Of a stretch of 64,000 nt of DNA, positions 23,095-36,512 are shown in pieces. Numbering within the stretch: position 1 is the stretch's first letter; every line of letters starts with the position of its first letter. Both the position numbers and the translations under genes were made by a program. Under the pieces are notes generated by a model. The model saw only the letters and a list, made by a program, of their open reading frames with translations, did no database searches and was not told the origin of the DNA. Origin of the DNA: Malacoraja senta (lineage: Eukaryota); the NCBI GenBank assembly GCA_038087875.1, contig CM075988.1, positions 24,802,001 through 24,866,000 on the forward strand, in the 5' to 3' direction.

Positions 23095-25437
23095 GTGGTT
23101 AACCAAAAGCTTGAAATATCGGTCTGTGTTGACATCTTGATGATTCATTCCACATCTGTGACTGCAGCCTATATTCGTCCTGATGCTAATGCCAAGCTTG
23201 CAATGAAAGATCTGCATACTGCCATTAGCAAACAACAGACTCACAACCCCAAGGCAACCTTCATTGTTGCGGGTGACTTCAATCACTCCAACCTGAAGAC
23301 TGTACTCCCCAAATTCCACCAACATGTCTCCTTCGCCACTAGAGAAGACAAGACACTGGACAAAGTCTACACTAACATGGCTGAAGCTTACAAAGCCGCC
23401 CCCCTCCCCCACCTTGGACAGTCTGATCACCTCTCATTGTTCCTGCTCCCAAAGTACTCCCCACTCATCAGACGGGTTAAACCCACTGTGAGGACAGTTA
23501 AAGTCTGGTCAGAGGAGGCGGACTCCACACTTCAGCAGTGTTTTGGAAACACTGACTGGAAGGCGTTTGCAGCCCAGGCCACCCTTGACTCCCACACGGA
23601 CATTGACTCCTATACATCCTCTGTTCTGGACTTTATAAACTCCACCATCAACAGTGTCACCTCCCTCAAATGGGTGACCATATTCCCGAATCAGAAGCCA
23701 TGGATGAACAGCGAGGTCAGGCTACTGCTGAAAGCACGGGACACCGCTTTCAGGTCAGGCGATGTCCGAGCCTATAGTTCATCCAGGGCTAACCTGAAGA
23801 AGGGCAGAAAGAAGGCCAAGCACTGCCATAAGCTCAGGATTGAGGAGCACTTCAACAACAACTCCGACCCCCGACGCATGTGGCAAGGCATCCAGGCCAT
23901 CACGGACTTTAGACCCACCAACACCACCCCCACATCCAGCAACGCCTCCTTCCTTGAGGAGCTTAACCACTTCTATGGCCACTTCGATAGGGACAATCGG
24001 CAGTTGGCCATCAAGGCGGTGCTCCCTGCCGATCACCAGCCCCTCTCACTCACCCCCTACGACATGTACGTGGCACTGAGTAGGACTAATGCACGTAAGG
24101 CTGCTGGCCCCGACGGCATCCCCGGGCGCGTCTTCAGGGTCTGTGCTGCGCAGCTGACAGACGTCTGGACTGACATCTTCAACCTGTCACTTGCCCAAGC
24201 AGTTGTGCCCACGTGCCTTAAATCCACCTCCATCGTGCCGGTGCCAAAACACTCCACTGCGGCAAGCCTCAACGACTTCCGCCCAGTTGCACTTACTCCC
24301 ATCATCGCCAAGTGCTTCGAGAGGCTGGTCCTGGCACACCTCAAAGGCTGCCTACCCCCCACATTGGATCCCTATCAGTTTGCCTACCGCAAGAACAGGA
24401 GTACGGAGGATGCCATCTCAACGGCACTTCACTCCGCCCTCTCCCACCTCGACAACAGAGACACTTACGTAAGAATGCTGTTCATCGATTACAGCTCAGC
24501 ATTCAACACCATCATACCCTCTAAACTGATCACCAAACTCAGTGACCTGGGCATCGACCCCTCCCTCTGCAACTGGATACTGGAATTTCTAACCAACAGA
24601 CCCCAGTCTGTTAGGTTAGACAAGCACACCTCTTCAACCCTCACCCTGAACACCGGCGTTCCACAGGGCTGTGTGCTGAGCCCCCTCCTCTACTCCCTCT
24701 TCACCTACGACTGCACACCTGTACATGGTACTAACACCATCATCAAGTATGCAGATGATACAACGGTGAATGGCCTCATCAGCAACAACGATGAGTCGGC
24801 CTATAGGGAGGAGGTCCAGCTCCTAGCAGCATGGTGCGCTTACAACAACCTGGCCCTTAACTCCAAGAAGACCAAGGAGCTCATTGTAGACTTCAGGAAG
24901 TCTAGGGGCGGCACGCACACCCCCATCCACATTAACGGAACGGAGGTGGAACGTGTTTCCAGCTTCAGGTTCCTGGGGGTCAACATCTCCGATGACCTCT
25001 CTTGGACCCACAATACCTCAACTCTGGTCAAGAAGGCTCACCAGCATCTCTTCTTCCTGAGGAGACTAAAGAAGGTCCATCTGTCCCCTCAGATTCTGGT
25101 GAACTTCTACCGCTGCACCATCGAGAGCATCCTTACCAACTGCATCACAGTATGGTATGGCATCTGCTCTGTCTCCGACCGGAAAGCACTGCAGAGGGTG
25201 GTGAAAATTGCCCAACGCATCACCGGTTCCTCACTCCCCTCCAATGAGTCTGTCCAAAGCAAGCGTTGTCTGCGAAGGGCGCTCAGCATCGCCAAGGACT
25301 GCTCTCACCCCAACCACAGACTGTTTACCCTCCTACCATCCGGGAGGCGCTACAGGTCCCTCCGTTGCCGAACCAGCAGGTCCAGGAACAGCTGTTTCCC
25401 TGCGGTGGTTACACTACTCAACACTGTACCTCGGTGA
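23095..25437 (+). CDS. Rex1/Babar-clade LINE ORF (C-terminal part of APE endonuclease plus complete reverse transcriptase); first ~20 codons probably flanking DNA
   Basis: IVAGDFN, TLDKVY, SDH (APE); [54 protein letters not shown] (RT); no internal stop in 780 codons. Confidence 0.95.
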   Translation: MVNQKLEISVCVDILMIHSTSVTAAYIRPDANAKLAMKDLHTAISKQQTHNPKATFIVAGDFNHSNLKTVLPKFHQHVSFATREDKTLDKVYTNMAEAYKAAPLPHLGQSDHLSLFLLPKYSPLIRRVKPTVRTVKVWSEEADSTLQQCFGNTDWKAFAAQATLDSHTDIDSYTSSVLDFINSTINSVTSLKWVTIFPNQKPWMNSEVRLLLKARDTAFRSGDVRAYSSSRANLKKGRKKAKHCHKLRIEEHFNNNSDPRRMWQGIQAITDFRPTNTTPTSSNASFLEELNHFYGHFDRDNRQLAIKAVLPADHQPLSLTPYDMYVALSRTNARKAAGPDGIPGRVFRVCAAQLTDVWTDIFNLSLAQAVVPTCLKSTSIVPVPKHSTAASLNDFRPVALTPIIAKCFERLVLAHLKGCLPPTLDPYQFAYRKNRSTEDAISTALHSALSHLDNRDTYVRMLFIDYSSAFNTIIPSKLITKLSDLGIDPSLCNWILEFLTNRPQSVRLDKHTSSTLTLNTGVPQGCVLSPLLYSLFTYDCTPVHGTNTIIKYADDTTVNGLISNNDESAYREEVQLLAAWCAYNNLALNSKKTKELIVDFRKSRGGTHTPIHINGTEVERVSSFRFLGVNISDDLSWTHNTSTLVKKAHQHLFFLRRLKKVHLSPQILVNFYRCTIESILTNCITVWYGICSVSDRKALQRVVKIAQRITGSSLPSNESVQSKRCLRRALSIAKDCSHPNHRLFTLLPSGRRYRSLRCRTSRSRNSCFPAVVTLLNTVPR

Positions 25438-25616
25438 CTGCCAATCACCACCCCCCCCCCCGGACACTCCTCCCACCAGGATTTATTAGATTATTTATTT
25501 ACTGCTCATATTTATGTCGCTCTTCTAAGGAGATGCTAACTGCATTTCGTTGTCTCTGTACTGTACACTGCACAATGGCAATAAAGTTGAATCTGAATCT
25601 GAATCTGAATCTGATC
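23155..25616 (+). mobile_element. Young 5'-truncated Rex1/Babar LINE
   Basis: ORF above, 3' UTR, aataaa at about 25580 and (gaatct)n tail. Confidence 0.92.
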
Positions 25617-26329
25617 TATTGTTTTCCCAGTCCATTCCTCTCCCACGTCTGAGATGTTGTTGGGAGGAGTTTAGCTCTACTGTCCTTTGCTCCCTTTTCT
25701 CCAGCTCCCCTTTTCTAGTCATTGTCAATGTCACAGATTCAAGTTGGGTAGATGGAGGCCACTTGAGTTTAGTTGTACTTGCTCTGCTCTTCCTCTTGGT
25801 GACCTTGGTGTCTGTAATTGGTGTTTCTTTGTCTCCATTTTTGGGAGTCAGGAAGCCAAGCATCTTCTTAACCAGCCTTTTATTTTTCTTCCAGATGGAA
25901 GGTGATGTGCTGAGATGTAGATGACCAGCAGTCAGCAGGTTGGTGGGTCCCACTCCCTGGATGAAGGAGTTGCTGTGTGCACCCCTCTCTTAAGGAAGAA
26001 GTGAGAGGACCTTCAGCTGTGAAAGCAGATCAAACTTGCAAGGTCAGTTGCTTTTTTTTCTCAGAAGCAAACTTCAGTGCAGAAGTATGTCTGAGATCTG
26101 TCACTGATTTGGCAAACTATCCAGGTTCAGGGCCAGCTTCCTGCAATGATGTGCATGTTATTTAGACTCCCTGTTCAAGCACAATAGTAAAGGTGTATGC
26201 TATTTCTGGGGTGATGTCTTTTGCAGGGGATGTTAATCTGTGGTCCTGTCTGCTTTCTTTATTGATATTTATTATCTATATAAAATGTGTCATTTGGAAG
26301 AGAGGAAGGATTGTTTTTCTTATGTAAAA

Positions 26330-26538
26330 ACAAGGAACTGCAGATGCAGTTTTATACCAAAAAAAGGACACAAAATGCTGGAGTAACTCAGCGGGTCAGG
26401 CAGCATCTCTGGAGAACATGGATAGGTGACATTTTGGGTTGGGACCCTTTCAGGTGATCCAATCCAAAATATCACCTATCCATGTTCTCCTGAGATGCTG
26501 CCTGACCCGCTGAGTTACTCCGGTATTTTGTGTCTTTC
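26330..26538. mobile_element. Palindromic PLE-derived fold-back element
   Basis: ggagtaactcagcgggtcaggcagcatctc and its reverse complement about 100 bp downstream. Confidence 0.85.
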
Positions 26539-26789
26539 TTAAGAGTTTTACTTGATCTTCCGAACCATGTTTCCACCTGAACCAAAATAATTTTTAATTT
26601 AAAAAACAAAACAATGTAGTCATCCCATTGTGTTTCTATGTGGCTGTGCACAAATTGTGCAGTCACTTCTTATCCTGTAGATGGAACTACGTAGCAGGAG
26701 GAAATGTTGTCTGGTTGGCTATCTGATCCATAGATCACTGCATCAATAGTTGCTGCAATTTAAGTTGTAGAAATGGGTATCCAACAAAG

Positions 26790-27645
26790 GTTTCAAAGGT
26801 CTTTTATTGTCACCTGTACCAATTAAGGTGCAGTGATATTTGAATTACCATACAGCCATACAAAAAAAAAAGCATCAAGACATACAACCACATAAAGGTT
26901 AACGTAAGTAAGTAAGTAAGTTTATTGGTCAAGTATTCACATACAAGGAATTTGCCTTGGTGCTCCGCCTACCAAGTAACAACATGACATACAGTGACAG
27001 TTACGAATGACTCAGAAAACACCAATCATTGATAATAATAAAACATTAATGATAAAACACCCTTGATCAAGCATGTGAACCAACAAAATACCAGATCAAA
27101 GGGAGGCTACAGATTTTTGGCTGTTGAGTAGAGCAACTACTCGTGGATAAAAACTGTTTTTATGTCTGGCTGTGGCAGCTTTGACAGTCCACCACAGCAG
27201 ATTCCCCACATTCCTCACTGTGATGGAAGGCAATAATGTCCAATCTTCTTCCCTCTTTACTCTTCCACGGTCGGGGCGATCGGAGCTCCTGCAGCCAGCG
27301 TTCAAAGCTCCCGCGTCGGGGCAGTCGAAGCTCCTGCGGTCGGAGCTCCCGAAGTCTGTCTCTAACCAGAGACCGCGAGCTCCACGATGGTAAGTCCGCA
27401 GGCTCCTGCGGTTGGAGCTCCCAAATCGATCTCCAGCAAGAGGTCGCAACTCATCGATGTTAGGCCACAGTGCGGACAGAGATAAGACACGAAAAAAAAT
27501 CTCCGTCGAGGTAAGAGATTCAAAAAAGTTTCCTCCAACCCCACCCCCCCCACATAAAACAAGATAAAGAATTAAAACATACATTTAACTTATACTATTA
27601 AAACAACAAAGAAGGAAGGGACAGACAGACTGTTGGCGAGGCAGA
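26790..27645 (-). mobile_element. GC-rich non-autonomous retroposon related to 5764-6645, carrying a nested Rex1 3' fragment (26903-27190)
   Basis: Shared ends with the 5764 element; internal tcggagctcc repeats; nested piece nearly identical to 51477-51762. Confidence 0.7.
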
Positions 27646-28190
27646 GGGAGAAGATAGCAAACTGCATCAACTGCTGCCAGCCTTTGTGTCTGGCTCCCAA
27701 CAAACACAATTTCTGCACAGTAAAACCCTGCGTTCGATTCTGGGTTTGATATCAAAGAGAGCACACTTTGCCATTGGGGACAGTCCCCAAGACATTCAGC
27801 TGTAAATGATCAGGGCTGCAAACAGCAAGTCGTGTGGAGCAATTACGTAGGCTACATTCCAAGAAATTCCAGAAGGAGTGATTTGTTTGACATTTTCTTG
27901 AGGGTTTTAAAGAATTTAAAGTGGAGTGTAAATCATTCTGTGGTAGGATAATGAGAGCATGAGAGAATTAAACCCAAGACATTCAGACAGAGAATGGAAG
28001 AAAAATGCAATATTAGAAATGAACTTGTTATATTTTTGACAAGCAAGGTTATAAAAGGATACAGAACCAAAATGGTTGACTGAAAGTAGGGCACAAGTCA
28101 GGATTTCTTGGAATGTTCGAACATGCTTGAGTAAGAATCATTGTTTTCTTATAAAACTCGTCAGTATTGCATGTGATAACCAATGGATTT

Positions 28191-28470
28191 GTTTAGAGAT
28201 ACAGCATATATACTTGCCCTTCGGCCTGTCGAGTCCACACCGACCATCGATCACCTGTTCACACTAGCTCGATGTTATTCCACTTTCCCATCCACTTCCT
28301 GCACACTTGGGATAATTTACCAAGGCCGATTAACCTACTAACCCGTGCGCCTTTGGGATGCGGAAGGAAACCGGAGCACCCGGAGGAAACCCACGCTGTC
28401 ACAGGGAGAACGTGCAAACTCCACACAGACAGCAGCCGAGGTCAGGATCAAACCTGGGTGTCTGGAGATG
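28191..28470 (-). mobile_element. HE1-type V-SINE, diverged
   Basis: ggaaaccggagcacccggaggaaacccacg...gcaaactccacacagacagc. Confidence 0.85.
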
Positions 28471-29160
28471 TGTGGCACCCAAACAGACAATATTTATTCC
28501 AGTTAAACACTGGTGTCCCTTTCTCTGCTTCCTGAGCCAGTGGGTTTTTTTCTGTCTTCCTGGGTAAAGTCTTCCAGGATGGGTTGAAACTAAACTTTAG
28601 CAGGCAAACAAATTATATGATAAGATAAGCAACCATCAGTGCTCTAGAGCTAATGGGATGTCTATAAAAGTACAGTCAAGATGGAGAAGGCATCTGAAAT
28701 GTCTCGGTGTTGTACGTTTTGAAACGTTTTTGGGAGTACATATTAAATCGCCAAGATTCTGATCAGCATATTTGTGTGGAACTTTTTTTTTTATCCACTT
28801 AACTTGAAATTCAGCATATAGCTGGAACTTGAAATCCTTCTCAATGTGCTTTGGATTAAACATAATCAATAACTACAATTAAATACAATTAATAATTACG
28901 TTAGCATCAGCATTGTAGCCAAGTGATGTGCAGTTGATGTCACCAGGCAATGGGAGGCACAAATCCACCATTAAGCTGGAAAGTAATAAAGCGCAAAGGG
29001 TATTATGACGTGAAAATAGCAAGTTCAAAATATACAGTGGGGAATTAGAGCCAGGGAAATATATTCAGCAGAGGGCTTAACTATTTTTGCAAGTTGAGCT
29101 TGTTAAAACATTTGTTTTATTTCAGTTATATACCTAGATTTAAAGAGAGAATTATCAATA

Positions 29161-29285
29161 CACACGGACACGCACACACGGGCCCGCACACACGTACACG
29201 CACACACGGGCACGCACACACGGACACGCACACACAGACCCGCACACACGGGCACGCACACACGGACATGCACACACGGACACAC
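29161..29285. repeat. 14-bp minisatellite (cacacggacacgca)n, about 9 copies
   Basis: Direct reading of the repeated unit. Confidence 0.9.
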
Positions 29286-30249
29286 TTTATAAAAAATATT
29301 TGTCTTGATTGATTGGATCCAAGGTAACATAAATGAAGATGGAAATTGGACAGAAATGAGCAATGTTGTATTTTTCTTGTGTGGTTCTTTTAAAAGCTCC
29401 CAGATTAAATTAAGAACATTTGTTAAGCTGATATATTGTACTTGCCGAGTGACATTTTTGATATCACATGGATACAATGGAACTAAGTATTTTAAATTTG
29501 TAGATTTGGTATCATCTGAGATTCAGAAACACTGATCGTGATTGGTTACAGGGTTTAAGGCTTAAATTAGGTCTAAATCTGATATGATTATTCTGGGGAA
29601 TTGGACGAAAGCCTTTTAATAGTTTGTTTTTTTCTGCATCAATATACTGTGATGCCTAGGAAACTCCCTGAATTTTCATTTGCAAATTGAAATCAAATAA
29701 AGAAAGGGGGATGGGGGAAATAAAAACAAATTAAATATTTGAAGCAGAATCCCTTTCTTTCTGGGGTGCTGGCGAGTGTGGCTTGTTTTTAATGAAGCTG
29801 ATAAATCCAAATAGATTCTGCAATTATCCATGTGTAAATATATCTGGGTTCTCCAACAGCTTTTGTCTAGACAGCGAGATCAATCAAGCAAGCCCTGGCC
29901 TTGCACTTTGCAACATTCAATCTCCACATCTCATTTCCATTTTGAATGCAAACGTGAGTGTCTCGCAAATCGAGTACAACATTTTGATAGTAATGCCACT
30001 TCTTTGTGAAGAAATGTAAAACAGTTTCTTGTACGGCAAAGGTACATCCTGTGATTGGTAATCTTTTCATTCGAGGAGATGTTCTCCTCGTGCTTTTCTA
30101 TTAAAGCAAATGTTAATTTATTAAGCAACACATTTGTAATGTTCTGTTTCATTTAATGGTTGCAACGGAGGGATTCAAATTAAAACATTTACAATTGAGG
30201 AAGATAATTATGTCAAATAATGTTTCCTTGTCAATTCCAGGAGATGCTG

Positions 30250-30730
30250 AATCTCTGTCTGCCTGACTCCCTTTCTCTCTCTCTTTGTATCTCTTTGTCA
30301 TCCCCATTCTCTGTTTCTTTGTGTCTGATTCTTCGTGCCTCTGTCTCTCTCTCTCTCTCTCTCTACCAGACTCAGCCTTTCCCCAATTTTTGCTCTTTTT
30401 ACTCTCTCTCTCTCTCTTTCCTTATCTCTCTTTCCTTATCTCTTTCCCTTTCCCTCTCTCTCCCTTTCCCTCTCTCTCCTTCCCTCCCTTTCTCCCCCCT
30501 TTCTCTCTCTCTCTCCCCCCTTTCTCTGTCTCTCCCCCTTTCTGTCTCTCTCCCCCCTATCCCACCCCCTTCCTTCCCATCCCCCTTCCTTCTCTCCGCC
30601 CTCACTCTCCCCCCTCCCTTTCTCCCCCTCCCTTTCTCCCTTTCTCTCTCTCTCTCTTTCCTTCTCTCTCCCTTTCCCTCTCCCTTTCTCCCCCCCCCCC
30701 CCCCCCGCTCTCTCCCCCTTTCTGTCTCTG
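30250..30730. repeat. Polypyrimidine (CT/CCT) low-complexity tract, about 480 bp
   Basis: Almost only C and T on the + strand. Confidence 0.95.
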
Positions 30731-30834
30731 GTGCAGAACTTGTGACATTTTCACTGTAGACAACTTCCATCTTTATCAAACTTATCTTGGAACCGATCAG
30801 TCAAAATCAATATTTTCACAAATAGCATATAATT

Positions 30835-31790
30835 CTTGCATCTGTAGAAGTTTGTTAGAGTAATTGATAACATGGCAAAACTCTTGAAACTTCTGAGAAA
30901 ATAGAGGCATTGACACGCCTTCTTCATGACTACATTTATGTGCTGGGCCCAGTTTACCTCATCTAAGATGTTAACTTGTGCTGCCAACTCTATCACTAAC
31001 CCACTTAAGAAAATTGGCACGTGGTCTCGTGCTTTCTTTGTTCCGAAGTCAACAATTACTTCCTAGTGTTGTTGACTCTGAACAAGATGTTGTTGTCACA
31101 GCAACACTCAATTAGGTGTTCTAACTTGTTTCTGTAGCTGGCTCATCATCACCCTTGCTTTGGCCAATAACAGTGGTGTCAATGGCGTATTTATAGATGG
31201 CATTGGGGCTCTGCTTAGCCACACTGTCTTGGGTGTACAGGGACTAGAACATGGGGCTGAGCACACAGCCTTGCAGTGCACCTGTATCGGTAGTCACGGA
31301 GGCTGAGATTTTGTGTAGGAAGGAACTGCAGATGCTGGTTTAAATGGAAGATAGACATATAATGCTGGAGTCTCAAGAAGGGTCTCGACCCGAAACGTCA
31401 CCCATTTCTTCTCTCCAGAGATGCTGCCTGTCCCGCTGAGTTACTGCAGCTTTTGGTGTCTATCTAGAGGCGGAGATGTTGTTATTGATCCATACCGATC
31501 GAGGTCAAGCATCCAGTTGCAAAGAGAGATCCAGAGGCCCAGGTCTTGTACCTTGCTGATGAGTTTGAAAGGGATGATCGAGTTTAACACTGTTGTAGTT
31601 ATTCAACAGCAGCCTGACATATGTGTTTCTATTATCCAGATGGCCCAGAGCAGAGTGAAGCACCAATGAGATACCATCTGCTGTTGGCCTGTTGTAGCAT
31701 TAGGCAAATTCAAGTGGTTGCGGGGTAATTTCTGAGGCAGGAGTCGATTTGCGCAAACCCAACCTGTCAAACCACTTCATTCTTTTCATT
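30835..31790 (-). mobile_element. Decayed Rex1-type RT fragment interrupted by an inverted PLE piece (31313-31465)
   Basis: KKACQCLYFLR and TGALQGCVLSP remnants. Confidence 0.75.
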
Positions 31791-32229
31791 GCTTCAGTTT
31801 TGAACGTATACCATCAGCTTCCTATTTTCTATCAAGTTGTGGGCACCCACTGATAATTTATTGATCCAGTTTTTTTTGCTTTCCGTTTGCTTTTGGAGCT
31901 TTCAGTTACATCACTGCCATGGTGTCAACACAGCATTTTCTTGAATAAAATTAAAGCCAACTATCCCGAATTATATTTGTTGCTATTTTATCACTTCCAT
32001 TTTAATCTGCGTCAAGTGAGGTTTGTGAAACTATACCTCTGAATACTTACTCAAATGGCCTCAGAAATGGCAGCAGAACAGTTCAAAAGTGCAGAATTAA
32101 TCGTACCTCACTGGCTTCTTGTTTTTGCAAAAACCTCAGACCAGAGCATTCGAAGGCACAAAATAGAAACAATAGTAAATCTTTGGCACCTGGCCACAAT
32201 GCTGCCAGTGAATAAGATCATGGCATGGT

Positions 32230-34270
32230 TAGTTCATCACTAGCTCCTTAACAGCTAAACACGTATTGATCCAGGTCTTGAATATACACGGTGACTCTGC
32301 CTCCACAAAGTTCTTGGATGGAGAATTCTGAAGACTCACTTCCCCCCGGGGTGAAGACATTGCTTCCCTCCACATCTCGAGTGGCTAAATCCTTATTTTG
32401 AAACTAAGATCCCTGATTCTACTCTCTTCAGCCAAGGAAAACATTATCTATCCTGTCAAACCTGATAAGAATTTTGTGCATTTCAATATTGTCATCTCTC
32501 ATTCTTCCTAACTCAAAAGGGTATTCGCCCAATCTGTTTAATCGTTCCTCATAGACAAAGCCGCTATCTCAGGAATCAGTCTGCTAAACCTTCATTTCAG
32601 TCCCGGCATCAATAATATATCCTTCCTTGTGCAGCAAGATTAGACCTGGACATAATATTCCAGATGCAGTCTCACTGGGGTGCTATATAATTGGAACGAG
32701 ATGTCTCTACTCTTGTGCTTAAACTCTCATTCAATAAAGGTCAACATGCCTTGCTAATTGCTTGCTATACCTGCATGTAACTTTCAGTGATGCATGGACA
32801 AGGACTGGGCCCTTCTGATCATTTTTCATTCCCTTGCCATTTAAAAAAAAGACTCCTCATTTTCCAGTTTGTTTTTGTATCAAAGTGGATAACTTTTTTT
32901 GTGTGCATTGTTACACCATATGGCATGCCTTTGCCAATTCAGGTAACTTGCTCTAAACCCCCGAATTCTCATCACCCATATTGCCATCCTGTTATAAACA
33001 CATTTGGATAAATTTGATCAGTTGATCTCAGCAGTCACTCCATTCGTAGCGACTGCAGAAATCTGCTTCCCAAGCACCAATCTCTGTAGCGTGGAGTCAT
33101 AAACCACGGAACAGGTCCTTTGACTTAACTCCTCCACGACGCCCAAAATGGCCATCCACTCTTGTCCTATTCAGTAAAGTGACCAAAACTGAATACAAAT
33201 ATTCCAAGTTCGGCCCCGCCAACATCTTGTGCAGCTGCAACATAACATCCCAACTTCCACACTCAATGCCCTTATTGATAAAGGCCATTGTGCCAAAAGC
33301 CGTCTTCATCACCCTGTCCACCTGTAATGCCACTTGCAGGGAAGGATGGACTTGTACTCCTTGGTTCCTCTGTTCTACAACACTCCCCAGAGGTCTATTG
33401 CTCACGACAAAAGTCCTACCCTGGTTTGACTTCCCACCTTGCACCTTTCCAAATTAAACTCCATTTGCCATTTCTCAGCCCACTCACCCAAGTGATCAAG
33501 ATCCCTCTATTTCTTGACAACCTTCATTGATCTACAATACTTGATCAGCCATGATCACATTGAATGGCCGAAGGGCCGAATGGCCTACTCCTGCACCTAT
33601 TGTCTATAATACTATCTATTTCAGTGTCATCTGTACTCCATTAATCACAGCCTCTCTTCCTGAAAATGACCTATTTATTCCTTACATCTAACCATTTATA
33701 TCCATTAATATTCCTCAATCAACACTTGTATATTACCCCTAATTCCATATAACTCTATTTAGTTGCCTCCTCTGTGGCAACTTGCCGGAGATCTTCTGAA
33801 AGTCTGAATGTATCACGGCCACAGGTTCATCCTTGTCTATTCTGCTAGTTACAACAAAGTGCAGGAAATGACAACCGTGATGTCTCTAACAAACCAACGT
33901 TGACTCTACCTAGTTCTATTGGGGGGTTTTAATCATGGATTCCAGTGTTTTCCCCACCTGATGTCGGGCTAACTGGTCAATATTTCCCTGCTTCCATGAC
34001 ACCTTATTTTACAATAATGGGGTGACATTTGTTGTTGTTCAATCTGAGGGATTTTGGAAGATGGTACTCAAAGTATCAATTATCTCCGATACTACCCTTT
34101 TCAAAAAACCTGGATACAGGTCATTTGTTCTTGGGCTTTTATCACCTTTCAGCCCCATTAACTTCTCAAATGTTCACAATTTTTCAAGAATAGTTATTCT
34201 TTTCTGCTCCTCATCCACCTCTAGAACATGCATTTTCTATTTTTCTATGAAGACGGATACCAAATATTTA
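32230..34270 (-). mobile_element. Old CR1 LINE remnants with nested younger CR1 pieces (about 33095-33606)
   Basis: Reverse-strand CR1 motifs including AFGTMAFINKGIE..SWDVMLQL; boundaries approximate. Confidence 0.7.
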
Positions 34271-35104
34271 TTTAGCTTTTGTGCCAAGTAACTCTGTATT
34301 TCTGGAAATGTGCCCATTGGGTGTAGACGGACATAGTAACAGTGACCGGATCAGACAGGATTGATGTGAACAATTTAAGTTGCCAAAGAAAGAACCTATG
34401 ACTCTCTAAAGCAAATGACATTTCCATAAAGCCTTCATGAACCCAGCAGATGAAATACTTTTTAAGTATAGTCATTCTTTGTCATGTAGAAAACACACTA
34501 ACCAATTTGTGCACAGCCGGCTCGCAAGAACAGCTATGTGTTCGTAACAAGTTATTTGGTGCTGGTGATATAGGTTAAGGGATGTGTTGAAATATCCATG
34601 GTATTCAAACATTGTAATATTAGTAATGAGCAGCTGTGTGCAAACAAATCCTTGGTTGGTCCTTTCAGTTTCCTCTGATTGCTGTTGTACATCCTGAGGG
34701 GAAGGGGATATGCACACTCACTGCAGAAAAGGATTTTGGGGGGGGGTCTTTACTTGTTAATCTTTAATGTAAATGTCAAACTGAAAAGCCTTCAGGACAA
34801 TCTATCCTTGTGCTGCCTGGTTCAATTGAACTGCTTTTGATCAGGTTCACAACTTACAATAGACATTTTATAAAGATGCAACCACTGATTCCCTCCCCCC
34901 CCCCCCCAATTTCATTCTGTACCCCCTCCTCCAAACGTTCAAAAAAAGATTAAATCAATCCTGATGAATAGCATTATTAAGCATTAAGAAATCCTTCACT
35001 AATTCAGATAGCTTGCTAATTCATTACTAAGGTTCAGTTACCATCAAGTTGTGACAACATTAATTGCTTGTTATGTACCACATGTAGAAAGAACTAATTG
35101 GATG

Positions 35105-35400
35105 CTCCTGAGCCCCGGTCAGTAACACTCACACATCTGAGATGGAAGGTCGTGGGTTCAAGTCTTACACCAGCAGCTCAGTTGTATAATCCACGTTAAC
35201 ACCTTCATGAAGATGTACAGCGCTGTCAGAGGTGTCCTCTTTTGACAGAACATTCACTTGAACCCCTGTTCCAGGAATATACAATGGCAATGATTTGAAG
35301 AAAGTTGGATGAGTTCTCTGCCGGTTCTGCGACAATATTTATGCCCGCTCCAAGACCCCTGAAACAGAGAGTCGAACCATTATCACGTTGTGCTAATTGT
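35105..35400 (+). mobile_element. SacSINE1/Deu-SINE-like relic
   Basis: gaaggtcgtgggttcaagtc head, ctgtcagaggtgtcctcttt, gagttctct...caatatttat. Confidence 0.6.
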
Positions 35401-35551
35401 ATGACGTAAGCTCCCTTTGGCAACAGTACAATAACGACTGGATCATCTGCTTTAGTAATGTTGTTGGGTGTTTAATATTGGTAAGGACACTGGGGATAAG
35501 TCCCTGCTCAAATCTCGTAATAATGCTCTGAGATTATACATGGTCTCTGAA

Positions 35552-35932
35552 TCATAGAAACATAGAAAATAGGTGCAGGAGTAGGCCATTCGGCCCTTCG
35601 AGCCTGCACCGCCATTCAATATGATCATGGCTGATCATCCAACTCAATATCCTGTACCTGCCTTCTCTCCATACCCCCTGATCCCTTTAGCCACAAGGGC
35701 CACATCTAACTCCCTCTTAAATATAGCCAATGAACTGGCCTCAACTACTTTCTGTGGCAGAGAATTCCACAGATTCACCACTCTCTGTGTGAAAAAATTG
35801 TTCTCATCTCGGTCCTAAAAGACTTCCCCCTTATCCTTAAACTGTGACCCCCTTGTCCTGGACTTCCCCCAACATCGGGAACAATCTTCTTGCATCTAGC
35901 CTGTCCAACCCCTTAAGAATTTTTGTACGTTT
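35552..35932 (-). mobile_element. CR1 LINE 3' end
   Basis: (catagaaa)n tail, ggccattcggcccttcgagcc stem, KILKGLDRLDARRLFPM. Confidence 0.9.
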
Positions 35933-36124
35933 TGTAAACATGGTGCCCTTGCAGCATTCCCTCAGCACTGCACAATGCGGGAACGTTTGTGCCCAAGCCT
36001 GATCATGGGACATGGACAGGCAGCTTTCTGACTCGGAGAAGCCAGCTGGGCAGAGGCTGATGTAGGCAAACATTAGACTAGCACAAGACTTAGAGTGACT
36101 CCTCTCTGCTTATTAATGTAGTAC

Positions 36125-36266
36125 GTTCAAGAAGGAACTGCAGACGCAGGAGAATCGAAGGTAGACAAGATTGCTGGAGAAACGTTTGGGGCCGAAACGT
36201 TGCCTATTTCCTTCGCTCCATAGAGGCTGCCGCACCCGCTGAGTTTCTCCAGCAATTTTGTCTACC
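36125..36266. mobile_element. Short PLE insertion with internal inversion and 14-bp TSD
   Basis: tattaat(g/a)tagtac at 36111-36124 and 36267-36280; inverted arms at 36161-36183 and 36243-36265. Confidence 0.85.
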
Positions 36267-36512
36267 TATTAATATAGTACCACTACTGACTCAATCCTGG
36301 ACAATTAGACAAGACTTACCTTCAAGTTGTCCTGATTGTTGTACCAATACATTGCTAATTTTGTATGCTGAATTTTCCAAATAGCTGCTTCCGCAGGAGT
36401 GTGAAGCAGACTCGTTGCAATGATAATTTTCTTTTGATTATTGTATTTTTCCGATGAGACATTTGAATTTTTGTCTGCAGAGGCTATTCAGCCTGTTAAC
36501 TCAATAGGATTA

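Noticed and set aside
23095..25437. 780-aa ORF as a host gene or prokaryotic RT system
   Set aside because: APE plus RT layout, 5' truncation, microsatellite tail and decayed relatives in the window identify a Rex1 LINE
25525..25953. 142-aa minus-strand ORF
   Set aside because: Runs into the Rex1 tail, no splice support or recognisable homology; cannot be supported as coding
29094..29477. His/Thr-rich and Cys/Val-rich ORFs
   Set aside because: Translations of the 14-bp CA-rich minisatellite
30220..30863. Long Leu/Ser/Pro and Arg/Glu/Gly ORFs
   Set aside because: Artefacts of the CT low-complexity tract
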